Origin: a virus
Taxonomy: Duplodnaviria > Heunggongvirae > Uroviricota > Caudoviricetes
Virus record (IMG/VR): IMGVR_UViG_2675903313_000009
Length of the DNA stretch: 64,000 bases
Reading direction: 5' to 3' (one strand)
Shown: one piece after another, positions 20,812-28,841 of the stretch
Position numbering within the stretch: position 1 is the first letter of the stretch
How the letters are laid out: each line of letters starts with the position of its first letter
Program-made: the position numbers and the translations under genes
Notes under the pieces: generated by a model
The model's database searches: none
Seen by the model: only the letters and a program-made list of their open reading frames with translations
Told to the model about the DNA's origin: nothing

Positions 20812-21993
20812 ATGAACCTTTATATTATATCAACATTTAGGTTGGTCACAATATTGCCTATTAAAAGTGGAATTATCGTGAGCGAGCTGAAAGAGCTAAT
20901 TACCGAATTAGATTTTGAACAATGGTTGGACACTGAAGGTATCGTTTATCGACGTGGAGGCGTGAGTGCTCGCGGTCGTGAAGTGAATATCAAGGAGTGT
21001 CCGGTATGTGGCAGCTCCAACTGGAAGGTATATTTCAATCTGACCAGTGGCGTCGGCAAATGCTTTGCTGGTGATCATCCCGAAGAGATTCAGTTCAATA
21101 AGCTGATCTTCCTCAAGCACTACAGCGGTAAATCACGACGACAGTTCGAGGAATATGTGCAGAACGCGCTGATCTCACAAGGATGGGCGCCGAAGAAGGA
21201 AGAGGTCGTGCTGGCCAGCAAGGTTGAACTCGAAGGGCCAGTAGCTCTCCCTCGACATTACGAACTCCCCATTGACGGTCGTCTTCCTGATTATCTGGTG
21301 GAGCGCCATATCTCCCCGGATCTGGCCAAATACTTTGATCTGCGTTACTGCGTCGAAGGCAAGCACGCATACGTCGATCCGTACACAGACCAGGTCAAAG
21401 GGCAGGTGTTTGATATGCGCATCCTGATACCGGTTTACGATCTGGATGGCGTGATGAAGACCTTCCAGGGGCGTGACATTACCGGTGCAGCAGAACGTCG
21501 CTACCTCTTTCCTATGCAGCTTCCAGCTTCAGGTAGGTTTCTCTACAACGGCCATAATGCAGTCGGCAAACAGACTGTAGTTGTCTGTGAGGGGGCGTTC
21601 GATGTTATGGGGGTCAAACGAGCTATTTTTGACGAAGAAACATTACGTGATTACGTGGAACCAATAGGAACGTTCGGGATGCATCTATCTGGTAACACCA
21701 CTCAGGATGCAGAAGATCAGCTGGGCGCGTTCCTGACGCTCAAGGCGCGTGGGCTACGTAATGTGATTATGATGTGGGATAGTGAAAAGCAGGCTATACG
21801 CAACACTATGGCCGCAGCCAGGCGACTGAGCAGTATTGGTCTTAATGTGAAAATTGCATGTTTGGGCGAGGAAGGACTCGACCCCGGCGATGCGACCCCG
21901 GGGCAGATTATCAAAGCCTACTATTGCGCAAAACCTTACTCACGACAGCTTGAACTTTTAAGCAAGGTAAAAGGCATAGCTGCATTAGTTTGA
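20812..21993 (+). CDS. DNA primase (zinc-binding plus TOPRIM)
   Basis: ATG at 20812 follows the conserved AAAAGAAAAACACATG leader; CPVCGSS..GKCF zinc motif and VVCEGAFDVMG TOPRIM-like block. Track ORF 20740 starts inside a hairpin after the helicase gene. Confidence 0.65.
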   Translation: MNLYIISTFRLVTILPIKSGIIVSELKELITELDFEQWLDTEGIVYRRGGVSARGREVNIKECPVCGSSNWKVYFNLTSGVGKCFAGDHPEEIQFNKLIFLKHYSGKSRRQFEEYVQNALISQGWAPKKEEVVLASKVELEGPVALPRHYELPIDGRLPDYLVERHISPDLAKYFDLRYCVEGKHAYVDPYTDQVKGQVFDMRILIPVYDLDGVMKTFQGRDITGAAERRYLFPMQLPASGRFLYNGHNAVGKQTVVVCEGAFDVMGVKRAIFDEETLRDYVEPIGTFGMHLSGNTTQDAEDQLGAFLTLKARGLRNVIMMWDSEKQAIRNTMAAARRLSSIGLNVKIACLGEEGLDPGDATPGQIIKAYYCAKPYSRQLELLSKVKGIAALV

Positions 21994-23130
21994 ACCAGTA
22001 TTAGTCACATACACATTGACCGAAAATGATTTAACTTCAGTATTGAAGTTGTCAGTCATTACCGCGAGGTAGGCATTTTTGGTATCTCTGAATTGCTTCA
22101 GGATGATTTGAACGTTATCTGTGCAAACAAACGAGGTAGCCAGATTGCCTCCTTTCTCTGAAAAATCCTTCAGGAATGTGCAGTCAACTTTGCCATCATT
22201 AGCGGTGAAGGTAGCATCATCACCCTGCCAGGTAAATGTAGCGTTAACGCCCTTATCAATGGATTTAGCAATAAGTCGCTGGGTGGCGGATTTTGTTTTG
22301 GCTTTGGAAGCCGGCGCTCGATATTTGCCGCTTTCTTTCAGTTCTGCAATGTAATCGCAGCCTCTTTTTTCTCCTTTATCGCAAGCAGTCTGATAAAGGT
22401 CGGCTGCTTTTTTATAGTCCTTTTTTACACCTTCCCCATTCTCATACATAATGCCAAGATTGGTTATGGCGTCGGCGTTTCCAAGTTCCGCTGCCTTTTT
22501 ATACCACTTAACTGCTTCTGCATCATTGCGTTTAACGCCTAACCCATCATCGTATAGTATTCCTAATCCTATCATAGCTTCTGAACTGCCTTGGTCTGCC
22601 GCCTTTTTGTAATAAGTAAAAGCCTTTTTATAATTCTTTTTAACGCCTTTACCATATTGGTAATACGCCCCAAGAACTGAAGTTGCTTTAACATACCCGG
22701 CATCAGAGGCTAGTTTGAAGTATTTAATGGCGAGTGCATGATCTACTTTACCAAGCAACCCCTTTTGATAAATAGCACCAAGATTGTTGTAGGCTCTACC
22801 TTCACGAGCATCCCCCGCAAGTTTGTAGTACTCAACAGCTTTATTTAGGTCTTTATCTACACCCTCGCCAAATGTGTACATAACCCCAAGTGCATAATAT
22901 GCTACTTTGTCTCCCTTTTCTGCAGCGAGATCAATCCACTTCTTGGCCTCAACTACATCCTTATCAAAACCATTGATACCATCAAAATAATTTGTCCCTA
23001 ACTCACTTTGTGCTGCGGTATCCCCTGCGGTAGCGGCTTCTATCAGCGTTTGTTTATTGTCTGCGTTAACGAATCCAGAGCTAAAAAGCAAAGTTAATGC
23101 CAGCAACGATGAAGATTTTATGTATTTCAT
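21985..23130 (-). CDS. Secreted Sel1-repeat (TPR-like) protein
   Basis: Start at internal Met (MKYIKSSSLLALTLLFSSGFVNA signal peptide) of track ORF 21985-23175; at least seven Sel1-like units (A..YY.LG..Y..G.GV.KD...A..WYKKAA). Confidence 0.75.
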   Translation of the reverse strand: MKYIKSSSLLALTLLFSSGFVNADNKQTLIEAATAGDTAAQSELGTNYFDGINGFDKDVVEAKKWIDLAAEKGDKVAYYALGVMYTFGEGVDKDLNKAVEYYKLAGDAREGRAYNNLGAIYQKGLLGKVDHALAIKYFKLASDAGYVKATSVLGAYYQYGKGVKKNYKKAFTYYKKAADQGSSEAMIGLGILYDDGLGVKRNDAEAVKWYKKAAELGNADAITNLGIMYENGEGVKKDYKKAADLYQTACDKGEKRGCDYIAELKESGKYRAPASKAKTKSATQRLIAKSIDKGVNATFTWQGDDATFTANDGKVDCTFLKDFSEKGGNLATSFVCTDNVQIILKQFRDTKNAYLAVMTDNFNTEVKSFSVNVYVTNTGSN

Positions 23131-23363
23131 ATTTTTTGTTCTGTTGATATAGGATGAACAGTTTAGACGCGGCAAGCGTCAAGTGTGCGAAAAAGGGTAC
23201 TTAAATTTAGTTAATATGTCAGCTTTGTTGATTTAGTTTATGGTCGGTAAAGTTACTAGGAAACTAATAACCATAAGAAATAGTACGCCATTTAATTATT
23301 GTGGCACTGCTCGTGTTTTGATTAACTAATACCTGCGATAAATATAAATAAAGGGAAGCCAAC

Positions 23364-23777
23364 ATGAGCAAAAATAAGCTGATTTTAACAGGAGCTTTAT
23401 TGTCTTTGTTTGCTTTAGTGGGGTGTAAGCCTACAGACGAGAAGGCTATTGCTCTGGGCCAACAAGCAATTGCGGATGATATGAAAGATCCCACGTCGGT
23501 GATGTTTAGGAAAGATAAGTTTGTCAGGACTGATCATGACGATGGGAGTGTGACAGGCTTTGTGTGCGGAGAATTGAACGCCAAAAATGGCTTTGGTGCA
23601 TACGTGGGCTATCACTCATATGTTGTTGAACTCGAAATGAAGCCAAAGGGCATGTTTTCGAAAGGGGTGGTATACAAAATCCTATCGAAGTCGTTGGCAC
23701 CTAATGATCCTCATGACTTACAGCGTTATAAGCAGGTCTACAGAAAGATGTGCAACAGTGAGGCTGTAGCTCATTAA
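23364..23777 (+). CDS. Lipoprotein (137 aa)
   Basis: Signal peptide with lipobox (LFALVGC). Confidence 0.55.
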   Translation: MSKNKLILTGALLSLFALVGCKPTDEKAIALGQQAIADDMKDPTSVMFRKDKFVRTDHDDGSVTGFVCGELNAKNGFGAYVGYHSYVVELEMKPKGMFSKGVVYKILSKSLAPNDPHDLQRYKQVYRKMCNSEAVAH

Positions 23778-23902
23778 TGGTGAATGCCGGGCAGACTATA
23801 AGCCCGGCATCTTCGTATAGGGAACTATTGCGCCTAAAATGATAAGTAGATACATACTTAGTTTTTTGTAAGAATACTTTCATCTGTTAGCTAGGAGTTG
23901 GT

Positions 23903-24679
23903 ATGAAAGACGAAATTCAGAAATTGGCCTGTGACATCATTGATAAAACAGGTTTAGAAATCAGCGAGGGCAGTCGACTAGACATCATTGGAAAGGCCGT
24001 CAATACAGCAATGAATCATATCGCTGCTCGTATGGACGAGATCCCGCTACCAGGGTTGCCTTATCTGAAAGTTGAGTTACACGTATGGGGCGAACCTTCT
24101 TGTGCACGGCGTTCTGCATTAGTTGTTTTTATTAGCAAAGAAAACCCGCTCAGTCTTAAAGTGCAGGTTGGAGCATGGCTTGATGGCAGAGTGATCTACA
24201 CAAATACCGTTTTTTGTCTTTCAAACGACGAAACTATTGAAGCGGCCATTCAAGAAGCAGTTCTAGCAATGCGCAGCAGCGGTTTGATGAAGAATAACTA
24301 CGAAGAGTACTTGCGTTCGATAAGTGGTGAAAAGACATTATCTCTGAAAGCAGATTTCGTTACCCCGAAAAATCTGTTGGAAGTTTTGATTAATAAAGGG
24401 GCTAATAGTGCCGTAAATGTAATCAGAGAGAGTGAATACGCGTCTCTTTGGGATATGTGCAAAAGCCAGTTGGATCTTGTGCATATCGTTGTAGATGCGG
24501 GGAAGGCTTGTGATGGCGTAATGGCGGAATTTACTGGGAAGATGGTCAGGATTGCTAACGAATTACCGATGATTAAACAAGAGGCTAAATCATACGCCAC
24601 CAATCATGTCACAGAGCTTCTTGCCCCTTATCGCTTAGAAAGCGATCAGCGCAAGATGATTAGCTGGGGAAGTTGGTAA
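23903..24679 (+). CDS. Hypothetical protein (258 aa)
   Basis: Track ORF; no motif recognised. Confidence 0.5.
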   Translation: MKDEIQKLACDIIDKTGLEISEGSRLDIIGKAVNTAMNHIAARMDEIPLPGLPYLKVELHVWGEPSCARRSALVVFISKENPLSLKVQVGAWLDGRVIYTNTVFCLSNDETIEAAIQEAVLAMRSSGLMKNNYEEYLRSISGEKTLSLKADFVTPKNLLEVLINKGANSAVNVIRESEYASLWDMCKSQLDLVHIVVDAGKACDGVMAEFTGKMVRIANELPMIKQEAKSYATNHVTELLAPYRLESDQRKMISWGSW

Positions 24680-24746
24680 GCTCTCTGTGTGTCGTTTTTT
24701 ACGCAAACAATGATAGGTAAGCACAAGATTATTTCTGGCGGTAATT

Positions 24747-25217
24747 GTGAAAGCTGATTTGTCAAAAATCCCTTCTATTTCAGGAAATAACGGTTATTCA
24801 CTTCGTTGTGAGGAAGTAAAGATAAACGGTGAGTCGGCATATTGCAGCTACTCCGTTTGCCAGCACACCATTCTTGCCTTCAAAGAAAACCGTCTTCCTC
24901 GAACTTCATTCCAGTCGTGCGCAACCGCTATCAAAGCAGGCAAATGCAAGGCGTTAAAAATGATGGTTGAAGAGATTCGTAAAGGAGAATCTCTGTATTT
25001 CGAAGATATGACCGCGCTCATTAAGGAGGTTGAAGAACGGAATAAACAAGCCAGAACTTTAAAACGAAAACGTGACAGTGTAACGATTAATAGCATGGTT
25101 AAGAAGAGCACCACATCACAAACAGCGATCACTGACGTGTATGCGGCGTTGCTTGAAGAAACAACAAAAGAAACACATGAGCAAATCGATCAACATATGG
25201 AGGTAAAACAACAATGA
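24747..25217 (+). CDS. Hypothetical protein (156 aa)
   Basis: Track ORF; its stop overlaps the ligase start. Confidence 0.45.
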   Translation: MKADLSKIPSISGNNGYSLRCEEVKINGESAYCSYSVCQHTILAFKENRLPRTSFQSCATAIKAGKCKALKMMVEEIRKGESLYFEDMTALIKEVEERNKQARTLKRKRDSVTINSMVKKSTTSQTAITDVYAALLEETTKETHEQIDQHMEVKQQ

Positions 25218-26536
25218 AAAAGTTGATCGCACTTAAGCATAAGCTGGACGAAATGAAAGCTATGGGAACCAATGCAAAAAAAGAGGCATTGGCCAACATG
25301 GATGACTTCGAGCAAAGCATGGTTTCATTGATGCTCAACCCTTTCATCCGTTTTGGGGTAAAGAAATACAAAGTGGCAGAGCCGCTTAGTGAGTCCATCC
25401 CAAGTGACGAAAAAGCCATTGATGTACTGAATAAGCTGGCCTCTCGCGAGCTAACGGGGAACGCAGCAATAGCTGCTGTTGAGTCTATCGTGGCGTCAAT
25501 GTGCGCCGATGGGCAGGACGTGTTCCGTCGTTTCCTCTTAAAAGACCCGAAAGCGGGTGTTGGGATTAGCCTATGCAACAAGGTTTTTGAAAATCCCATT
25601 CCGAAATTCGAGGTGCAGCTGGCGTCACCGTATAAAGAAAAAGGCGACAAATACCCCTTCAAGCCAAATCCTAAAGCAAAATGGCCGATGATTGGCAGCC
25701 TTAAGCTCGATGGTTTGCGAGTAATTTGCGAGGTTATTGTTGACGAAGAAGAGGTTAACTTCCTTTCTCGTACTGGTAATCCAATCACGTCTCTCGATCA
25801 CCTAAAGCCAGCCATGCTCGAATTAGGCAAACTTTCAGGCCACAAACACATCTTCTTCGATGGTGAAGGCACAGCCGGTTCATTTAACCAGTCCGTATCT
25901 GCATTGCGCAAAAAGAACGTGCAGGCAATTGGCGCTATTTATCATATTTTCGACTTCTTCCTACCGGAATGGCGAGCACAGGCTAAATCCAAAGAGTATG
26001 CAAAGACAGGTATGAAGCTGAAAGAGCGCCTGGCTATGCTGGTGGCGTTGTTCAAAAACGATCGCAGTGAAGGCTACACACAAGACATTCACCTGCATCC
26101 GTTCTATATCATCCATAGCCACGAAGACTTCATCGAACGCTTCATGAAACGCCTGGACGATAACGAAGAAGGGGAGATGGGCAAAGATCCGAACTCTGTT
26201 TACGAGTTTAAACGTACCCGCAGCTGGTGGAAGTTAAAAGACGAAGATTCAGAAGATGGTGAAATTATCGACTTTGAGCCGGGCGATCCGGACTCTGGTT
26301 TTGCCAACACGCTTGGAAAAATTGTTATTCGCCTTGAAAACGGTGTGATTGTTCGTGCGAGCGGCATTAAGCATAAATATCTGGACGAGATCTGGAACAA
26401 CAAAGAGAAGTACCGTGGTCGTATTGTCGAGGTTCATTGTCACGAGAAAACGCCGGATGGCAGCTTACGCCACCCACGACTGAAATGGCCGCGTTGCTTA
26501 CGCGATACAGAAGATCGAATCGGAGATAAAGAATGA
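25214..26536 (+). CDS. ATP-dependent DNA ligase
   Basis: Nucleotidyltransferase motif I KLDGLR (in IGSLKLDGLRVICEV); 440 aa. Confidence 0.85.
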   Translation: MKKLIALKHKLDEMKAMGTNAKKEALANMDDFEQSMVSLMLNPFIRFGVKKYKVAEPLSESIPSDEKAIDVLNKLASRELTGNAAIAAVESIVASMCADGQDVFRRFLLKDPKAGVGISLCNKVFENPIPKFEVQLASPYKEKGDKYPFKPNPKAKWPMIGSLKLDGLRVICEVIVDEEEVNFLSRTGNPITSLDHLKPAMLELGKLSGHKHIFFDGEGTAGSFNQSVSALRKKNVQAIGAIYHIFDFFLPEWRAQAKSKEYAKTGMKLKERLAMLVALFKNDRSEGYTQDIHLHPFYIIHSHEDFIERFMKRLDDNEEGEMGKDPNSVYEFKRTRSWWKLKDEDSEDGEIIDFEPGDPDSGFANTLGKIVIRLENGVIVRASGIKHKYLDEIWNNKEKYRGRIVEVHCHEKTPDGSLRHPRLKWPRCLRDTEDRIGDKE

Positions 26537-26712
26537 TGCTCGGTTGGATGATTGCATTTTTAGCAGTTGGTTTTTTCATAGGTATTGTGGTGATGTCCAG
26601 TTGCATCAATGACTACATTAAAAGCGGTGTTATAGAAAGACGCGGTCGTATTTATCGCATTGTAGAAATAACCAACACCGTGAAGGAGATTAAGGATGAT
26701 CGTATTAAGTAA
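26533..26712 (+). CDS. Small membrane protein (59 aa)
   Basis: Below track length cutoff; ATG overlaps the ligase stop (ATGA); TM helix then GRIYRIVEIT motif. Confidence 0.35.
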   Translation: MMLGWMIAFLAVGFFIGIVVMSSCINDYIKSGVIERRGRIYRIVEITNTVKEIKDDRIK

Positions 26713-26911
26713 ACGGGAGAAGGAAACGCTTCATGAAATCAGTAAGTGGCCGGAGTTCCCTGAGTACTGGAAGCCTAAAACGCGAGCTAAGTTAGAGCGT
26801 TTAGGGTTGGTTGCAAACGTTTCTGAAACGTGGTGTTCGGCCAACTACCAGTTAACTGATAAAGGGAAAGTATTGCTACAGCAATTAGTAGAATCAGGAG
26901 TGTTAAAATGA
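26696..26911 (+). CDS. Small hypothetical protein (71 aa)
   Basis: Track ORF with AAGGAG RBS. Confidence 0.4.
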   Translation: MIVLSKREKETLHEISKWPEFPEYWKPKTRAKLERLGLVANVSETWCSANYQLTDKGKVLLQQLVESGVLK

Positions 26912-27060
26912 TTCCATACATCTCATTAGCTTTTATGGGTGGCTTCCTTATCGGCTTCGGCATCTGTCGTGATTTAATTAAGCAGGAACTTAAAACCAAA
27001 ACACTGTGCATCGGAAAGCGTGTGTATCGGGTAGTTCATGAAACAAAGGTGAAAAAATGA
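26908..27060 (+). CDS. Small membrane protein (50 aa), paralog of 26533-26712
   Basis: ATGA overlap with previous gene; TM helix then GKRVYRVVHET motif. Confidence 0.35.
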   Translation: MIPYISLAFMGGFLIGFGICRDLIKQELKTKTLCIGKRVYRVVHETKVKK

Positions 27061-27347
27061 TCAATTTGACTTCTTGGAACTGGTGGTTGGCCACCTATTT
27101 CTTAGCGGCCGGAGTCGCATTCGCCTTTTACGTAGGTCAGTTAGTCGTAAAACTGTTGCTGATTAAATTTGCTAGTCATAAACGTATCGATGATGGTCTG
27201 TGGCGTCTTGGCACCCTGGTGGAAATTCGCTACGGGCAACTTAAGGAGAACGAAACCATTACTATCCAAGCGAAACGATTCACTGCCACCATTACAAGAA
27301 CACCTAGTCGTAGAGTGGCCTTGATCAAAAAAGTCACAACCGAATAA
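27057..27347 (+). CDS. Small membrane protein (96 aa)
   Basis: Track ORF; ATGA overlap with previous gene; N-terminal TM helix. Confidence 0.45.
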   Translation: MINLTSWNWWLATYFLAAGVAFAFYVGQLVVKLLLIKFASHKRIDDGLWRLGTLVEIRYGQLKENETITIQAKRFTATITRTPSRRVALIKKVTTE

Positions 27348-27737
27348 AAACATATTGATAAGTATTTACTTACTTATCTTTTGTGTATAAGATGACTTTG
27401 TTTTCGTTGAGACGCGACTGTTTGAACTTAAATACAAGTGCAAACGAAGAAGTCTATCTGGCAGTAGCCTAATAAGCCAAACACCAGCGAGGTCAGTTTC
27501 CAGCCTCGTTACCGAAATGGGACACACTGAGCGAGTGTGATTGCAGAACGCAGGAGGGAACATTCATGTTCCCTCCGATGAAGTAACAGAATGGGCGGTT
27601 GGTATATTTTCAACTCCATATGACTCCCGGATTCTTAGCCACTGACCGCCCATCCTGTTACGTCATTTTGTTCAATTATGTCGTTTATACTGGGTTAAAA
27701 AGCGGCGACGTAGCCCGGCTGGTATGGTTAGCCAGCA

Positions 27738-27859
27738 CACAACGTTGAGGCCATTACATTTTTATCAATTCTAAGGTTCTATTCACAGAGATACCGGCGA
27801 ACGTTGATATGTAACATGTTGGGCAAACATTCAATCGGAGTAGTGGCCTCAACGTTGTG
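27738..27859. repeat. Long inverted repeat (16-bp arms CACAACGTTGAGGCCA / TGGCCTCAACGTTGTG, about 90-nt loop)
   Basis: Perfect complementarity read directly; first of three related stems around the tRNA genes. Confidence 0.6.
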
Positions 27860-28125
27860 AAGACGGGATTGTTGTGTAGGTTTAACCACTGTTGCCATTG
27901 GTGCCTGTTTTCACAACAAATGATTCCATACATCACATAGTATAAATTACAAAGTAGGTGCTGTCCTCAGAAACATCATCTACTTAAAGATTTTGCCTTC
28001 TACTATTGAGCGAAGTCGAAAGCGTCTGGCACTAACGAAAAGTGCAAGTAGCGGTGCGTTTCCTGGCAGAAACTAAACCGTCGCGATTGGCACTGTTGAG
28101 TAATAAATACTGGCAGTGCTGAATT

Positions 28126-28200
28126 GATGGTGTAGCTCAGCGGTAGAGCAGTTGGCTGTTAACCAACTGGTCGGTGGTTCGAATCCACCCACCATCGCCA
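28126..28200 (+). tRNA. tRNA-Asn (anticodon GTT)
   Basis: Hand-folded cloverleaf: acceptor GATGGTG/CACCATC, anticodon loop CTGTTAA, T-loop TTCGAAT, encoded CCA. Confidence 0.8.
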
Positions 28201-28205
28201 ATTTA

Positions 28206-28292
28206 GGGGAGTTAGTCCGTAGAGGTAGCGGTGTAGACTGTAAATCTACTGTCATGGCGACTCGGGTGGTTCGACTCCATCACTCCCCACCA
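28206..28292 (+). tRNA. tRNA-Tyr (anticodon GTA), long variable arm
   Basis: Acceptor GGGGAGT/ACTCCCC, anticodon stem-loop GTAGA-CTGTAAA-TCTAC, T-loop TTCGACT, CCA end; D-arm not fully canonical in my fold. Confidence 0.65.
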
Positions 28293-28296
28293 AATT

Positions 28297-28372
28297 GCCG
28301 GTTTAGCTCAGTTGGTAGAGCAGTCGCTTTGTAAGCGAATGGCCAGCGGTTCAAGTCCGTTAACCGGCACCA
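28297..28372 (+). tRNA. tRNA-Thr (anticodon TGT)
   Basis: Acceptor GCCGGTT/AACCGGC, D-arm AGCTCAGTTGGTAGAGC, anticodon loop TTTGTAA, T-loop TTCAAGT, CCA end. Confidence 0.8.
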
Positions 28373-28373
28373 A

Positions 28374-28462
28374 CACAACAGGTAAGAGCATTGGGCGAAT
28401 CGGCGATACTGACCCACAAGGCCGTAAATCGATAGAGTCAGACCAGTGCTCTTACCGTTGTG
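28374..28462. repeat. Long inverted repeat (about 20-bp arms CACAACAGGTAAGAGCATTGG / CCAGTGCTCTTACCGTTGTG)
   Basis: Between tRNA-Thr and tRNA-Ser; one bulge and one mismatch. Confidence 0.6.
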
Positions 28463-28562
28463 ATGAATGCACAGGCTGATGTGCCGCAACTACAGTAGTG
28501 CGCGCTTTGCGGGGCTTGCTACAACCCTGTGTCGGAGTTCAGTACCGACCATCACAATAGCT

Positions 28563-28649
28563 GGAGAGTAGGGAGCATGGTGCTCAAGCGGTCTTGAAAA
28601 CCGTTCCATTGTGCAAACGATGATGGTTCGATTCCATTACTCTCCGCCA
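28563..28649 (+). tRNA. tRNA-Ser (anticodon TGA), long variable arm
   Basis: Acceptor GGAGAGT/ACTCTCC, anticodon stem-loop GCGGT-CTTGAAA-ACCGT, T-loop TTCGATT, CCA end. Confidence 0.7.
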
Positions 28650-28650
28650 G

Positions 28651-28729
28651 ACACAGCGTTGAGCGGTTTGGCCTTTTAATCAACTCGATTAAGACTCCGC
28701 TAACATAAACCAGACCGCTCAACGCTGTG
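28651..28729. repeat. Long inverted repeat (20-bp arms CACAGCGTTGAGCGGTTTGG / CCAGACCGCTCAACGCTGTG)
   Basis: Directly after tRNA-Ser; one mismatch; arm sequence related to the 27738 repeat. Confidence 0.6.
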
Positions 28730-28806
28730 ATAGATAATTACGGCAGACGTTCTTAACCATAGCTTGCTAACATCTTAGCAACACTTTTTTCAGCGCAAAA
28801 TTCAAA

Positions 28807-28826
28807 GGGGCTTCGGCCCCTTTTTT
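28807..28826. terminator. Bidirectional rho-independent terminator
   Basis: GGGGC-TTCG-GCCCC hairpin flanked by an A-run upstream and T-run downstream; lies between the tRNA cluster and the convergent gene 28842-30104. Confidence 0.7.
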
Positions 28827-28841
28827 GTTGAACAGTGCAAT

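Noticed and set aside
28152-28489. Track ORFs 28152-28334 (+) and 28280-28489 (-) in the tRNA cluster
   Set aside because: They run straight through the tRNA-Asn, tRNA-Tyr and tRNA-Thr genes and the adjacent hairpin; their amino-acid sequences are translations of tRNA stems.
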